Of a stretch of DNA of 64,000 bases, positions 49,258-62,109 are shown piece after piece. The first letter of the stretch is position 1; each line of letters begins with the position of its first letter. A program made the translations under genes and the position numbers. The DNA comes from Chiloscyllium plagiosum (lineage: Eukaryota), in assembly GCF_004010195.1 (NCBI RefSeq), contig NC_057711.1, positions 76,401,817 to 76,465,816 on the forward strand. The letters run 5' to 3'. A model generated the notes under the pieces. The model did no database searches. It saw only the letters and a program-made list of their open reading frames with translations, and had not been told where the DNA came from.

Positions 49258-50479
49258 ATTTCCATTTTAAAACTAAATATGGAAAGACAAATCTCTAAAA
49301 GTGAACCATAGAAATCCAGCTGGTTTATTAACGTCATTTGGTGAAGGAAACTGATGAGGCTCATCAGCTCAGTCTCATAATTGACTGCAGTTCCACACCA
49401 ACATTTAACTGTCCTTTGAAATTGCAGAGCCAGACATTATATTGCACGAAATTGTTTTACTTGGGGGTCCACTACCTTTGAGATGGACAATAAATGTTGG
49501 CTTTTCCATATCAAGAAAGTCAATTATAAATATCAAATGAGTCTTGAGTAGTTTCTTATTGACTTTTTAATCAAATTGCCTCATGATCATGACTCATTAT
49601 CACATTGGTAAAAGGTATTGAAATGCCTTCTGAATTATAAATGTAAAATGTTAATTTGAGAAATGTTAGCAGTAGAGGATTTCAATTGGTTTCCTTGATT
49701 TAAAAAAAAACTGATAGACTCCCAATTTCCGATTGCTTTTACAAGAGTCCCGCAGGAAAGTCTATGGGTGCAGACAATAGTGTAAAATGATATACCAACT
49801 TGATACATCATCTATTAGCCTTTATTATTTTTGTTTCTCTTGGAGTGAATGAAGTTTGCAGAAGCTGTTTAATTGGCACCAGAGAGACTATTACAGTCAT
49901 TCATTTTGCACTGCCATCTGAAATCAAATTCATCTTCAATTTGTGCACATCAGGTGAAGATAAGATTGGGATTGAGTTTGGTTGTTACTTTGCTTAACTG
50001 GTGACAACTAGCTTACTTTATGTGGAATGACTTGCCCCTGGATAAGATTTCAATGGACTTATGAAGTCTTAACACTGAACAAAGCTCTCCAGGAGATAGA
50101 ACTATGAAGCCTGTGTGCTTTTCATGTGACAAACAGGATGTACAAGTTTAAGACAATTGGAGTAGTTGTGTTATAAGTTTCAAAGATCTAAGTATTCAGA
50201 TAACTCTGAAAATTGGCAATGAAATACATCACTCAAAATTACTATCTTGGTTGAACTTCCTTATTGCGGTCACATTTCTAAGGATTTGACTTATTTGTAG
50301 AGCAATGCCTGCTCGCTAAATTTTAAAATGTGGTTCTTTTGCAAGAACATGTATTGGAGCTGTGTGCTGCAAGTCAAGACTGACTTGTAGGTACCTGCCG
50401 TCCATCTGATGAAAGGAACCTGTTTACACAATTTATCAGTGGAACGTTTAATTCCCAACGGTGGGCTCCATGCTAGGCA

Positions 50480-51600
50480 GCTGACAGCAGCAGATTATCC
50501 ATAGAGATAGTTTTTAAGGAACCATTTTTAAAGGAGGACAGGAAGTCAAAGGGATTTAGGTAAAAAATTCAGGAGCAGAGGACCCTGGCATCTGAAAGCA
50601 CAGTGGTAGTGCAGTTAAAATTGGAGATGCACAATAGACCAAAAATAGGAAAGCGTAGACATTTGCGATTTGCAGGGATAGAGGAGATAACAGAGATAGG
50701 AAGGGGTTAGCCCAAATGAGGTTTAGAAATCAGGATAAGAACATTGAGGCATTTTTTTTCCACTTATCAAAGAGAGGGATGAAAAGTAAATGGGACTTGT
50801 TATGACACGATAAAGGTAGTAGATATTTGAATAACTGCCAGAATACTGAGGGTAAAACCCCAGAGGCTGGTCAGGACAGCATTGAAATAGACAAGTCAAC
50901 AGGTGGCAAAGGGCATGGATGAGGTTTTCAGCAGTAGATCAGGTGATGTTACTCAGTTGGAAATGGACAATGTTAATGACGTGTGATTGGAAGATCCTTT
51001 CAGAATTAAATACAACATCGTGATTGTGAATGGTTTGGTTCAGCCTCAGGCAATTGTCGAAGAAAGGGATAAAGTTTGTGGTCGTACCAAAGACAGTAGC
51101 TTCAGTTTTCTCAATGTTTAATAATTTTTGCTATTCTCTTACCAGATATTGGATGAAGCCGTCTGGCAAGTTAGAATTCACAAAAGGGTTGAAAGAGGTG
51201 GTGATGAGGTGGAATTGGATGGATACGGTATACACATAAAAACTGATTCCGTGTTTCCCAATGATATTACCATGGGACAGTGTGTAAATGACACCAAGAA
51301 GGGATAAGGCATAGATCCTTGCGCGCCACCACAGTTCATTGCTCAGAGGTGAGAAGAGAAGCATTGGCAGGTCTAGCTATGATTACAATGGATTCAGGTG
51401 AGTGATGCTCAGGGGTCTTGTGGAACTGTTGTAGTATCTACCTCTGGGCCAGAGGCCTAGGTACAAATCCCATCTGTTTCCGACGTGCATAATGATATCT
51501 CTGAAGAGGTTGATTTAAAAATATCTGCTGGGGAAAAGCTTTGGATGAGAATGATGGAGTGGTCAACTATATCAAAGTTCACAGACAGGTCACAAAGGAT
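50480..51600 (-). mobile_element. Very old L2-like LINE remnant
   Basis: Purine-rich decayed sequence with GCAAAGGGCATGGATGAGGTTTTCAGCAG and GTGGTCAACTATATCAAAG. Similar pieces at ~6400-6760. Family call is from memory only. Confidence 0.4.
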
Positions 51601-53586
51601 ATCATTCAGTTAAGAATGGATCGTTGGCATTTGCCACACTTTTTCATACAGTATCAACTAAATCTCTCTTCATACAGTAAATCTTTCAGTGCAGTTATCA
51701 GTACAGGGAATCTTTGTTTCACCCTCTCTAGGTCAACCTATTATCTTCTCTAGATAAAGAGTGAAAAAATACTTTTCAGGTAATCTGATAAATGCATGGT
51801 TTTACTTCTGGTTTTAATAGTAGTCATAGTATTTGGACTTTGCAATCGATCAAGAATGATCCCTGTTTTGTCAAGCACATGACCAGTTATCTAGAAGAAC
51901 AAACTACTGCACCAAGAACTCCTAAAGCTCATTGCACCCATTCTGTTTTCTCTCATCAAAGTAAATGAGCCTGTGTTTAAATGGGAATCACATTATCTGT
52001 ACCTTTTGGCTAAATACTGCAGTGAACAGCTATCATCATAAGACAACGCCCTATAACCTAATTTATACTTTTGCTACATATTCTATATATTTCTACCATT
52101 GCTGCAAAACCTGCCAAGTCATTCCATTCCCATTGCTTTCTGTTTATATTTATGAAAGCAACTATAGATATACCAACAAGGAAACTCACATCGTCAAATT
52201 GCATTGTAAAAGATGTTAATTGTTTTCACATGTTAATTTTAAGGAGGCTGTAATATTTTCAGAACCAAGAAGGTTAGGGTCATAACAGGAATTTTTTAAA
52301 TTATGAGGTGTTTGATGTAAGGAGAAATGTTTAACAAAGGACTCAGTTCTGAGAATTGACAAAAGAACCAAAGCAAAGATGAAGAAAATTCATTGGAGAA
52401 TTACACAGAGCATTATGATAAATTGGAATGCATTGCTTTAAAAGAGCAGTTTAGTAGTAACTTTGAATAAGAATTGGATAATATCGAAAAGGAAATATTT
52501 GTAGGGCAATGGGGAATATACAGCACAGTGAGACAAGAAGACTATATCAGCAAGGCAGGTGGAGTGGACAATGATTCCACAAAGGATTAAATTGTTTACT
52601 ACTTGGAGTTACTTGGAACTTGTGGAGTTCATGCACACTATTGCAGCAGAACTATTTGTTTTGCAACAAGATCAAAAAAACTGTGTAAAGCTCAGAAGCT
52701 CTGTGAGCAAGTTATACGTTTTTTTAAAATTACTATCTGTGAGAACCAGCCACAATTTGCAGTCCCTTATAGACCTTCAAAAGAGGTGGGCATTTCTCAG
52801 TACTATTTTTCAAACATGCTTGGCATTACTTTGAGAGAATTATCTTCAGGCTAATTAGGTCCCATTTTCAGCTCCACTGGGTTATGACTTTTCACAGTGA
52901 TGAGGGAAGCTCTCCAGTTAGTACTGAAGTGAGAAGCAAAAAACTCAATTTTTCCCTTTTAAAAGTCATTTTAACAATTAAGGTTTTAAGACATTATACA
53001 TTGCAATGACCACAGGCAAATGTCAGTATTGTTTAACCATGTTAGATCATATTTAAATCAAGGAAAACTTTATAGGCTGATTAGGTACTAAATTGAATAA
53101 TGTTTAATTTTGTTTAATTTAACTCAAAGGGCTTCTGTCAATGTGAATACATATAATTAGCTTGTGGAATGTCCAGGAATGAAATAGATTAACTGAGAAA
53201 AAGCAAAATTGTAGTACAATTGGACATGCAATCCAACTTCACAGGACAGCAGGATGATCAGGACATCTATCTGTGCCTGTTTAAGGTGATACCAGCACCT
53301 CAAATTCCAAATGCATTGCAGTTTGTAATTCAAGATAATGTATGATATCTATTTTATAGATATTAACATGAAAGTAGTTATTTTAGTAAGGTGTTCACTA
53401 AAATGCATACCTTACAATATTTGGTCTTGTGTAAGTTCTATGGAATTATATATGTGCCAACTTGTTTGCTGTATCTGTAATTAGCCAATAACTGTTTGAC
53501 TCCTTTTTGTAGCACAACATTTTATGGGTATTGACGAGGCTGTCCTAATTTTGTGACTTCCTCAAGGTGAATAACTGAGCCTCACA

Positions 53587-53916
53587 GACACAGTGGTTAG
53601 CATGGTTGCCTCATGGACCCGGGTTCAATTCCAGCCTTGGACAAATGTCTGTATGGAGTTTGCACTTTCTCCCTGAGTCTGCATGGGTTTGCTCCACGTG
53701 CTCCGTTTCCTCCCACAGTCCAAAGATGTGCAGGTTAGGTGGATTGGCCATGCTAAATTGTCTGTAATGTCCAGGGATGTGCAGGCTATGGGGATTAGCC
53801 ATGCGAAAAGTGGGGCTATAGGACGGAGAATTGAGTCTGGGTGGGATGCTGTTCGGAGAGTTGGTATGGACTCTTTGGGCCAAATGGCCTGTATCCACAC
53901 TGTAGGAATTCTATGA
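53587..53916 (+). mobile_element. HE1/V-SINE-like SINE
   Basis: CAGTGGTTAGCA head, GGGTTCAATTCC, conserved core and tail. Confidence 0.92.
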
Positions 53917-54074
53917 AAGTGCAATCTCCAATAGATGCTGAATTAACTAGGGTGGCAACAAAGGTGATATAAATAACTTCAGTGCTCTTGATTGGAAAGG
54001 GGACTGGTGCTCCTGCGATTTGTTCGGTAATGATAAATTGGGTTCAAGTGTAATACCAGCTGTGACTGTTGATT

Positions 54075-54420
54075 TTCATGTAAAGGTTCTCATTTGGTAC
54101 AATGAAAGTTTTCCCAAGAGTGGGCATTTCAAGACTGGGGGGGTAATTTTAAGGTGAGAGGAGACAGATTTGAAAAAGAATTGAGGAGCAATTTATTTAA
54201 ACAGCAAGTGGGTCATGTGTGGAATGAACTTCCAGAGGAAATGGTGGATGTGGGTATAGTTACAACATTTAAAAGACATTTATATATATATACATGAACA
54301 AGAAATGTTTGGAGGGATATGGGCTAAGCACAAGTAGATGGGACTAGCTCAGTTTGGGATTATGGATGGTATGGACTGATTGGACCAAGTGGTCTATTTC
54401 CATGCTGTATGACTCTATGC
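54075..54420 (+). mobile_element. CR1 3' end
   Basis: Matches the 31510-31905 family (TGGAATGAACTTCCAGAGGAA, TTTCCATGCTGTATGACTCTATG). Confidence 0.88.
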
Positions 54421-54554
54421 AATTGCACCTACCATACTGTATTCCAGACATAAGTTCATACTTTCAAGGATGGAGAAAGGTAAATAGAGAGAAAAATGTA
54501 ATTGTCTGCTTATCTAAAGTTTAGTTTTAAAATTAGTTGCTGTTTTATGACTTC

Positions 54555-55110
54555 ACAAATAAAGCTATGGAGTACAAGAGCAGGAATGTCTGTATGCAAC
54601 TATACTAGGTGCTGGTGAGACCACATTTGGAGTACTGAGGGCAGTTTTTGTCCCCTTATTTAAGAAAAGATATAATTTCATTGATGGCAATACAGATAAG
54701 GTTCAGTAGGATGATCCTTGATATGGAGGGATTGTCTTATGAGCAATGGCTAAACCGGTTGGGAATCTAGTCACTAGTGTTTAGAAGAAAGAGAGAAGAT
54801 CTCATTGAAATATTTAGGCTTCTTAACAAGCTTGACAGGGTAAATGCTGAGAGGATGTTTCCTCTCATTGGAGAGTCTAGGGCATAGTCTCAGAATAAAG
54901 GATGCAAATTTAAGACTGGGATGAGGAGGAATTTCTTCTTCTCCTTCCAACAGAGGGCTGTGGGGACAGAGTTCATGTCTATGTTGAAGGCTGAGATAGA
55001 TTCTTGATCAATACAGGAATCAAAGGTTTCAGGAAAGTGGACATGAGGAAATTTTTGCAGGATGGAACAGGCTTGAAAGGCCAAATGGCCTACTTCTTAT
55101 TTCTTATGGT
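54555..55110 (+). mobile_element. CR1 3' end
   Basis: CTGGTGAGACCACATTTGGAGTACTG (LVRPHLEY) and downstream CR1 motifs. Confidence 0.88.
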
Positions 55111-56048
55111 CTTTAAGATCTTAAGTATTTTTAAGATTTTCTAAAAACAGTTTGAGGCCCTAACCATTTCTTCTAAACGCTTCACAGGCTTATATCTGGT
55201 TTGCATTTTCCAAGTTACTGTGCCTTTAATAGAACTCCACTGTATACATGACAAAGCTCCACTGAATACATGAAGCATGTTAGTAGAGACTGCTTACTTT
55301 TGATGTAAAGCAGTGGAAATGTCTACAGTACTCGGCATTCTCTGCAAAGCAGTGCAGTATAACTGGCATAGGCAGTGGAGTAGATTGACTTTATTCAGCT
55401 GCTAACTATACCACTATAAGACCAGACCTTCCCTTCACAGTACAGATAAGTTATTTGATAACTAGTATGGCACCTAGTTTAGAATCTGACACTATGAAAG
55501 ACTGATTTGAGTGATGGACCTTTTCAAACCCTGCTAGTAATTTTCAGCAACTCTAAAGCAAAATATACATGTTCTTCATCTATATTGTCTCTTTTTCAAA
55601 ACTTGAGAAACCTATGAAATGGCTGACGCCATTTGTATAGGATGTCCAGATTTAGGATGTCAGAAAACAAGGAAGGTAGAGCAAATAAAAGTAGTTAGGT
55701 GACTCCAAGCATGTTTGATAGGCTACATATGGCCAGAATCTCAAAATATTTATGGACGCTTTTAGCCTTTGATAAAAACACATTTTGAAATTAAAGAGAA
55801 CAGCTACAGAGACAAAAAAGAAACTACTTGTCTAAATTCAATGGGATATGTGGGATCAATAGGATGCAACACCAAAAGATGTCAAAGAAACTTCAACCAG
55901 AGTGAGAGAATAAGTGGTGCCTGACTAACCACCCCGCACAGCCCACCACCACATCCCTTACAGCAGAGAGCTATGTCTCCCTACATTTTTTGTGATTTCC
56001 TTTTCCAAGAATATAAAATAAGGAGTTAAATGAGAGCTTTAATTTAGT

Positions 56049-56342
56049 GGGAGGCAATGACCTAGTGGTATTATCACTAGACTATTAATCCAGAGACCGG
56101 ATAATGTGCTTAGGGGGCCCAGATTCAAATCCTGCTCTGGTGGAATTTGCATTCACTTAAACTCTGGAATTCTGAGCCTAGTGACCATAAAACTATTACC
56201 ATTGTCAGGAAAAGGAAATCTGCTGTCCATATCTGGTCTAGCCTCCATATGACTCCAACGTGGTTGACTCCTAACTGCCGACTGCCTAATTAGGGATGGG
56301 CGTTTAATGTTGGCTAAACCAGCTCACATTCCATGAATTATA
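56049..56342 (+). mobile_element. tRNA-derived SINE, second family (possibly DeuSINE/SacSINE-like)
   Basis: CCTAGTGGTATTATCACTAGAC head, GATTCAAATCC B-box, AAGGAAATCTGCTGTCC...GGTCTAGCCTCCATATGACTCCA core. The family name is from memory. Confidence 0.7.
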
Positions 56343-56608
56343 AAACATTATTAGGCTGCTGCAGACTCGATTGTGTTTAGTATGCGGTGGAGGTCACAAC
56401 TTGATAACAGCCAGTAGACACCCTTACACTACAGGTAAAGAAAAATGGTAAGATTACTCAGTGCTACAAACTATTAAAAATATTGAAACAAGACAAAGGA
56501 CCTTATCTACACAACCAAGAAGCTTGAAAATTAACTGTTCAACTATCAGCACTAACCCTACCAATGCAACCCAATAACAACTGCACTGTCATCTTATCTT
56601 TTTTTTTT

Positions 56609-56813
56609 AAAATCACACAACAGCAGGTTATAGTCCAACAGGTTTATTTGGAACCATCAGCTATCAGAGCCCTGCTCCTTCAGCAGGTGATTATCCACAT
56701 GATGAAGGAGCAGCACTCCGAAAGCTTGTATTTCCAAATAAACCTGTTGGACTATAACCTGGTGTAGTGTGATTTTTAACTTTGTCCATCCCAGTCCAAC
56801 ACCAGCATCTCCA
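56609..56813. mobile_element. Fold-back Penelope-derived element (same family as 72-325)
   Basis: Inverted arms around ~56690. The + arm reads CAC-AUGAUGA-AGGAGCAGCACUCC-GAAA-GC-UU (first core C mutated). Confidence 0.8.
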
Positions 56814-56869
56814 GATCTTCTCTTTTGTTCATGAACGATTCAAAGACATTGTTTTTATTTTTAGCTTTT

Positions 56870-57135
56870 TGGTTTTACTTTCTGATTCTAATCTGTGTGC
56901 ATGTGTGTTGCATTTGTAACTAATAAAATCTCCCTTTTTGTTCATTCAAGAAAGCCTGGCTAAACTGGCTCCTTGTTAAAGCATGAATTAATTTAGAATG
57001 GGAGATAGGTACATACAATAGAAGGGGGAATTCCTTCTAAATTAACCTTGCTGCAGCCAACTAAGAGGAGGAGGATTTCAGTTCATCCCTCCTCACCTGG
57101 GATCTTAACAATTTGCAGTATCTTATCTGAAACCA
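56870..57135 (+). repeat. Dispersed repeat, LTR-like remnant
   Basis: Homologous to 48730-49060. Contains AATAAA and ends near ...TTAACA, as an LTR 3' end would. Confidence 0.5.
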
Positions 57136-58148
57136 TACCAAACTGGGGAACTGCGCCAGAGGTATTAAGAATGGGGGCAAAGACTGTGACAGAAATGGAA
57201 TATTGTTTGTGTCACTGGTATTGATAATTTAACCATGGTCAATCTGCAATTGAATAAGTGCTTGACTTTTCATAAGGTAATGAGAAGAATAATTCTGAAT
57301 TCAGGCCTGAGGCAGCAATAGAGGCTTTTCTTCTGACTCTGAAATTACTTTATTGATTAAATAACTTAGTGCAATTCATATCCCCTTTGCAAATAAAGGA
57401 TAAGTTGCCCTAAGCTTTACCAGACAGTAGGGTTGCTGACTCATTACAGTGAGAGAGAGAGAGATGGACGATTAGTAGTGGTTTAACCTGAGGGGAGAGG
57501 TTGAGAAGGATAGTCCTTCTGGTAACCTCAGCAGATGCAGAAATTCAACCCATCTTGTTGGCATCATTCATCTTTGCAAACCAGCCGTTCAGCCAATTAA
57601 GTCAATAGATTCATTCCTTTAGAAACATTAGCCTTGAATTAAGCGTTTTTTACCCCCAAAAGATCTCCATTTTACAATCACTTTTAATTGTTAATGGAAT
57701 CTATGTTTTGCCAATACTCGTATTTATGATACATTGAGCAGATCTCTGTTGTTCAAGAAAATACTTCAGTTTTGTGAAACAAAGTGCAAATTATTCAACT
57801 GCAACATATCCTTTATCTGGTTTGGCTCAAGTCAGACAAAATCTGGCCCTTCCTTCTGAAATATACTGTTCACATTAAGACATTTATCTCATCTACTTTG
57901 GACATAATCTGATCCTCTGGCATTAGAAAAGTGAACCAGATGTATTTAATTTTGTGCAAATTAGGTTATTTACTTTAAGGAAATGTCTACTGATTTACAT
58001 ACAGATGCATATAACCACATCTGCCTGCTTTGTACTCTTTCTGACCCAATGGAGAAAAATTATTTGCAATGTTACAATAAGACATCAGCTGCCTCAAATG
58101 CAAATAAAGATCTGAAAAAAAACCCACAAATTTCTGGAAATACAACAT

Positions 58149-58450
58149 GGTGGCACAGTGGTTAGCACTGCTGCCTCACAGCACCAGAGACCCGGATTCA
58201 ATTCCCGCCTCAGGCGACTGACTGTGGAGTTTGCACATTCTCCCTGTGTCTGTGTGGATTTCCTCCGGGTGCTCCGGTTTCCTCCCACAGTCCAAAGATG
58301 TGCAGGCCAGGTGAATTGGCCATGCTAAATTGCCCACAGTGTTAGGTGAAGGGGTAAATGTAGGGGTATGGTTTGGTTGCGCTTCGGCAGGTCGGTGTGG
58401 ACTTGTTGGGCCGAAGGGCCTGTTTCCACACTGTAAGTAAACTAATCTAA
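58149..58450 (+). mobile_element. HE1/V-SINE-like SINE, full-length and young
   Basis: GGTGGCACAGTGGTTAGCACTGCTGCCTCACAGC head, GGATTCAATTCC B-box, conserved core, CR1-like tail; many CpGs retained. Confidence 0.95.
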
Positions 58451-59637
58451 TACAACAGGCAGCAAACTTGATTTGTAAAAAGTAGATAGGATACACAGCC
58501 AAATGCCAGAATGTGCTCTTTACAGATGCTCTTAATTTTAGATTGTGACATTTTTATTGAAACATCCGCAGTTTCTATCTATGTTCTATTGCTTTTCTTT
58601 TCTGATGGATATCTTGGTTGGTCCTGTCACTTCACCAAATGCCAAACTAAGAACACCTTTTGTACAGTAAGCAACATAATAGCTTTGCTCAGACTGAAAT
58701 GTTAATTCTTTTCATTGATGTTGCCTGATCTGAGTATTTCCAGTATTTTCTGTTTTTGCTTCAGATTTACAGCATCATCCACTTTTTTCCATCATTTCAA
58801 ACAGTTCATAAACTCATAAAATAATACAACACAAAAAGGCCATTCAGTGTCATTCTGGCTTTCTGGAAGAATTATCAATTAGTTACTCACCTGCTTTTAC
58901 ACTTCTTTTTCCTTCAACCCTTGTTGGGTTCCATTTTGAAAGTTACCACTGAATTCCAGCCGTTTCAGGCAGTCCATTCCAGATCATGACAATTTGATGA
59001 AAAAAAAGCATGTTAAATATTTGTGAAAGGTGCTTGCATAATAAAGTCTCTATCTCCAATAGTTCTTTCCATTCTTTGCTTGGAAGAGTTCTATTACAAA
59101 AGGTGTTTCTGAAGTCTGAGGTGCCCCTTCCAGCAATGTTAGTCTGCTGATCAGTTTGTCATTCTTGTACGTTTTTCAGATTTCTAGCACGTGCAACATT
59201 TCTTTATTTTTATACCTCTACAAAGGGGCTTAATGTTTGGTACTCAGATTGACTATTGCTATAAGTTTTAAATTTTCTCCATTAACTCTTGTGATTGTTA
59301 GACAAAAGAAAGGCATTATAGAGAAAAAAATTGAAAACACATAAGTAGCAACTGTCTTTTGGCAATGTCAATTTAAGTTGTTGCAAATCTATGTGTGATA
59401 AAGATAGGAAGTTGCTGCCCTGGTACTGGGATCATGCACTTAACCTTAGGGAATACAAAGGCTTTGGAGGGCTTGCAAAGATATTTGTGTAATACTATAA
59501 TTAATAAACATGATGGATATAGTTCTCCTTCTAAAAGAGGATCAATTGTCATATTCATAATCACATTGCACCTACCAGCAAATTGCACAGAGACAATCGC
59601 GTGCAGGCATCAAAGGGCAGTAAGTGTTATGCTGACT

Positions 59638-59662
59638 TATATATATATATATATATATATAT
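59638..59662. repeat. (TA)n microsatellite
   Basis: About 12 dinucleotide units. Confidence 0.95.
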
Positions 59663-60609
59663 CTACAATCAAACAGCACTGGAGGCTTTTTACAAAGGAC
59701 TAACAATTCGGGTACTCTGTTCCAAATAAGTTATTTGTGTCTTGAAATGCAAAAAATTGTCACACAAAAAAAACAGCCAGTGGTATTTCTTACCATTATG
59801 TTTTATACATCAGTTCAAGAGACTCTTTACAGCTCAATGTGTGGAGTCATTTAGAAGAAGTAAGAACCCAGAATAAAAATCAAAGAATAATCATGCAAAT
59901 AGATTTGGAGAATTGTTTTCCAATCCCACTAGATGACTGAAAGTAGTCCAGGAGATAACAGAGGACTGACTTATATTAATTAGTTCATACCTCTTATCTG
60001 ACAGAATCATTGCCCCATGGTCACAGGTCACTGTTTCCTGAAGGTGCACAGCGTATCATCCTATCGACACAATTGCTTTTCCACATTTTTTTTCCCCAAG
60101 CACTTATTGAATTCAATTTTGAAAGTTACTGCTGAATTCCAGCCAGCTCAGGCAATGCATTCCAGATCATGACAATTTGATAAGACTCCTCCAAGTCCAA
60201 AATGGTCCTCTATTTCTGGTCTCTTGTGCAATAGTAATTATGATTGCTCCTCTGTTGGTAACTGTCCCTTCAGTCACCTGGCTCCAAGCTTCAGAAGTAC
60301 CCCTCACATCTCTCTGATTCTCTGCCTTATTCTCCTCCTTTGAGACACTTTCTAAACTAAACCTCTTTGAGCAAGCTCGAGCTACATGACCAGTGTCATA
60401 TTTTGTTTTATAATGTTCCTCGGTAATAATGCATTGGGATATTTCATTACATTAAAGATGTAGTATAGATATAAATTGTTGTGGAACAATTTAGCCTTCA
60501 CAATTATTTAATGCTAAACTTTACTAAATTATAAAAATTATAATTGGCAAAATAGCACACATTGGCTAATCATTACAGTTTCAATTATTGTTTTAAACTA
60601 TAAAAGGAG

Positions 60610-61410
60610 AAAACATAGGAGCAGGAGTTGGCGATTCAGCCCATGAAGTATGCTCCACCATTTAATGAGATCATGGTTGATCTGATAACCCTCAACACCA
60701 CTTTCCTTCCTTTTCCCAAAACTCTTAATTCCGTTGATTGAAAATTTTCTCAACCTTGAATACACTTAATGACCTTGTCTGCCCTCTGCAGTAAATGTTG
60801 CAAATTTATATAAACCCTCCGTGGGGAAAAATCCTCCTCTTCTGTTTCTTAAATGTGTGACCCTCTAGTCCTAGATTATACCACAAACTGAAAACAACCT
60901 TTCTGCAACCACCCTGTCAAGTCCTCTCAGAATCTTGTGTGTTTTAATTAGGTCACCTGCTCAATCCTCTATATTCCAACAAGTAACAGGCCCAATTTAC
61001 TCCACCTCAGTGGCTCAGTGGTTAGCGGAAATCTTGGTCACACTCCAGTGACCATCTGGAGTGTGCATGCTCTTCCCCTTCCCATGTAGGTTTATTCCAG
61101 GTGGTCTGGTTTCCTCCCACAGTCCAAAGATATGCAGATTAGGTGGATTGGCCATGGGAAATGTAGGGTTACGGGAATGGGGTGAGTCTGGGTGGGATGC
61201 TGTTCGGAGGGTCAGTGGGGACTCAATGAGCCAAATGGATTGCTCCCACACTATAGCGGTTCTATGATATGATAGTCCCTCCATACCTAGTAACAGTAGA
61301 GCAAACCTTCTCTGGATTGCCTCCAATGCTATACCTTTGCCCAGATAAGGGGGCCAAAGCTATTTACAGTAGTTTTGCTATGATTTGACTAGTGATTAGT
61401 GTAGTTTTAA
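60610..61410 (-). mobile_element. CR1 3' end interrupted by a SINE
   Basis: Homologous to 15940-16500 (GATCTGATAACCCTCAAC, TAAATGTGTGACCC, CTAGTCCTAGA). Resumes after 61270. Confidence 0.85.
61010..61270 (+). mobile_element. HE1/V-SINE-like SINE nested in CR1
   Basis: GTGGCTCAGTGGTTAGC head and TTTCCTCCCACAGTCCAAAGAT core. Confidence 0.9.
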
Positions 61411-62109
61411 TTTTTTTTAATAAGTGCACTAAATAAACATTTTCATCAGCTAAGTCATGCTTAAAGTTAATCATCTGGTTTGAGAAACAGGTTTTATTAT
61501 TGTCTATTAATCCTTCTAACATAGTCATGATGATGAATTATTCTAATGTACTACTGAAAGCTTTTTCTCAATCACAAGAATCAAGAGTTAAAATAAGGTC
61601 TTAATCCTATGTGGAAAAGAATGTGTCATTATGGTTCTCCCAAAAAACATGTAAATTGTAGGGAACAGCAATCTCAGGAAATGATGTAGAAAACACCAGT
61701 CCCTGACTATATAAGAGATCAGCAGTTCCAGTCTATATTACAGAGAACTGCAGTCACTATCTATATTATTAAACCAAAGGTAAAATTGAGACTTGTATAA
61801 CATCAAATTAATTTTGAAATGAAAATTAATAATTTTACCTATTCTTCATGTGTAGAGACCAGAGTTTGCTTGATTAGTATACAAAATTGAAATCATGTGA
61901 AATTCAGTAGTTGCTGTGGTCATCCCTATAGTGTTGGAGACAAGTGAAAGCAAATGCATTTTATGCTGCATCTTATAAGTCAGATTCTTACTAACTAGCT
62001 TTACTCTATTATTTAACATTTTTGTCAGGATTCCCAGATATTTCTTCTTCCAAAATGTTTTGTTTGTTTGAACAGTTTATCAGGTAAGATGACAGTGCAG
62101 TTGTTATTG

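Noticed and set aside
49351..49367. CTGATGAG-G-CTCATCAG hairpin as a hammerhead
   Set aside because: CUGAUGA is paired within the hairpin and no GAAA-NN-UH follows.
51965..52854. Cys-containing ORFs (YHCCKTCQ; TCGVHAHYCS...) as PC5B exons
   Set aside because: Cys spacing does not fit furin-like repeats and no suitable acceptor/donor pair is seen.
55235..55274. Short tandem duplication of CTCCACTG(T/A)ATACATGA (similar 13-mer triplication at ~11601-11640)
   Set aside because: Two or three units without spacer structure; ordinary slippage, not a CRISPR-like or functional array.
58149..58220. tRNA genes at SINE heads (also 7430-7502, 23506, 53587, 56049, 61010)
   Set aside because: A/B-box-like heads run into SINE bodies and LINE-like tails; I could not support a complete cloverleaf.
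58935..60181. ~65-nt similarity between ~58935-58998 and ~60117-60181 as a local duplication
   Set aside because: Both look like reverse-strand LINE 3'-region fragments, so shared family origin is the simpler explanation.
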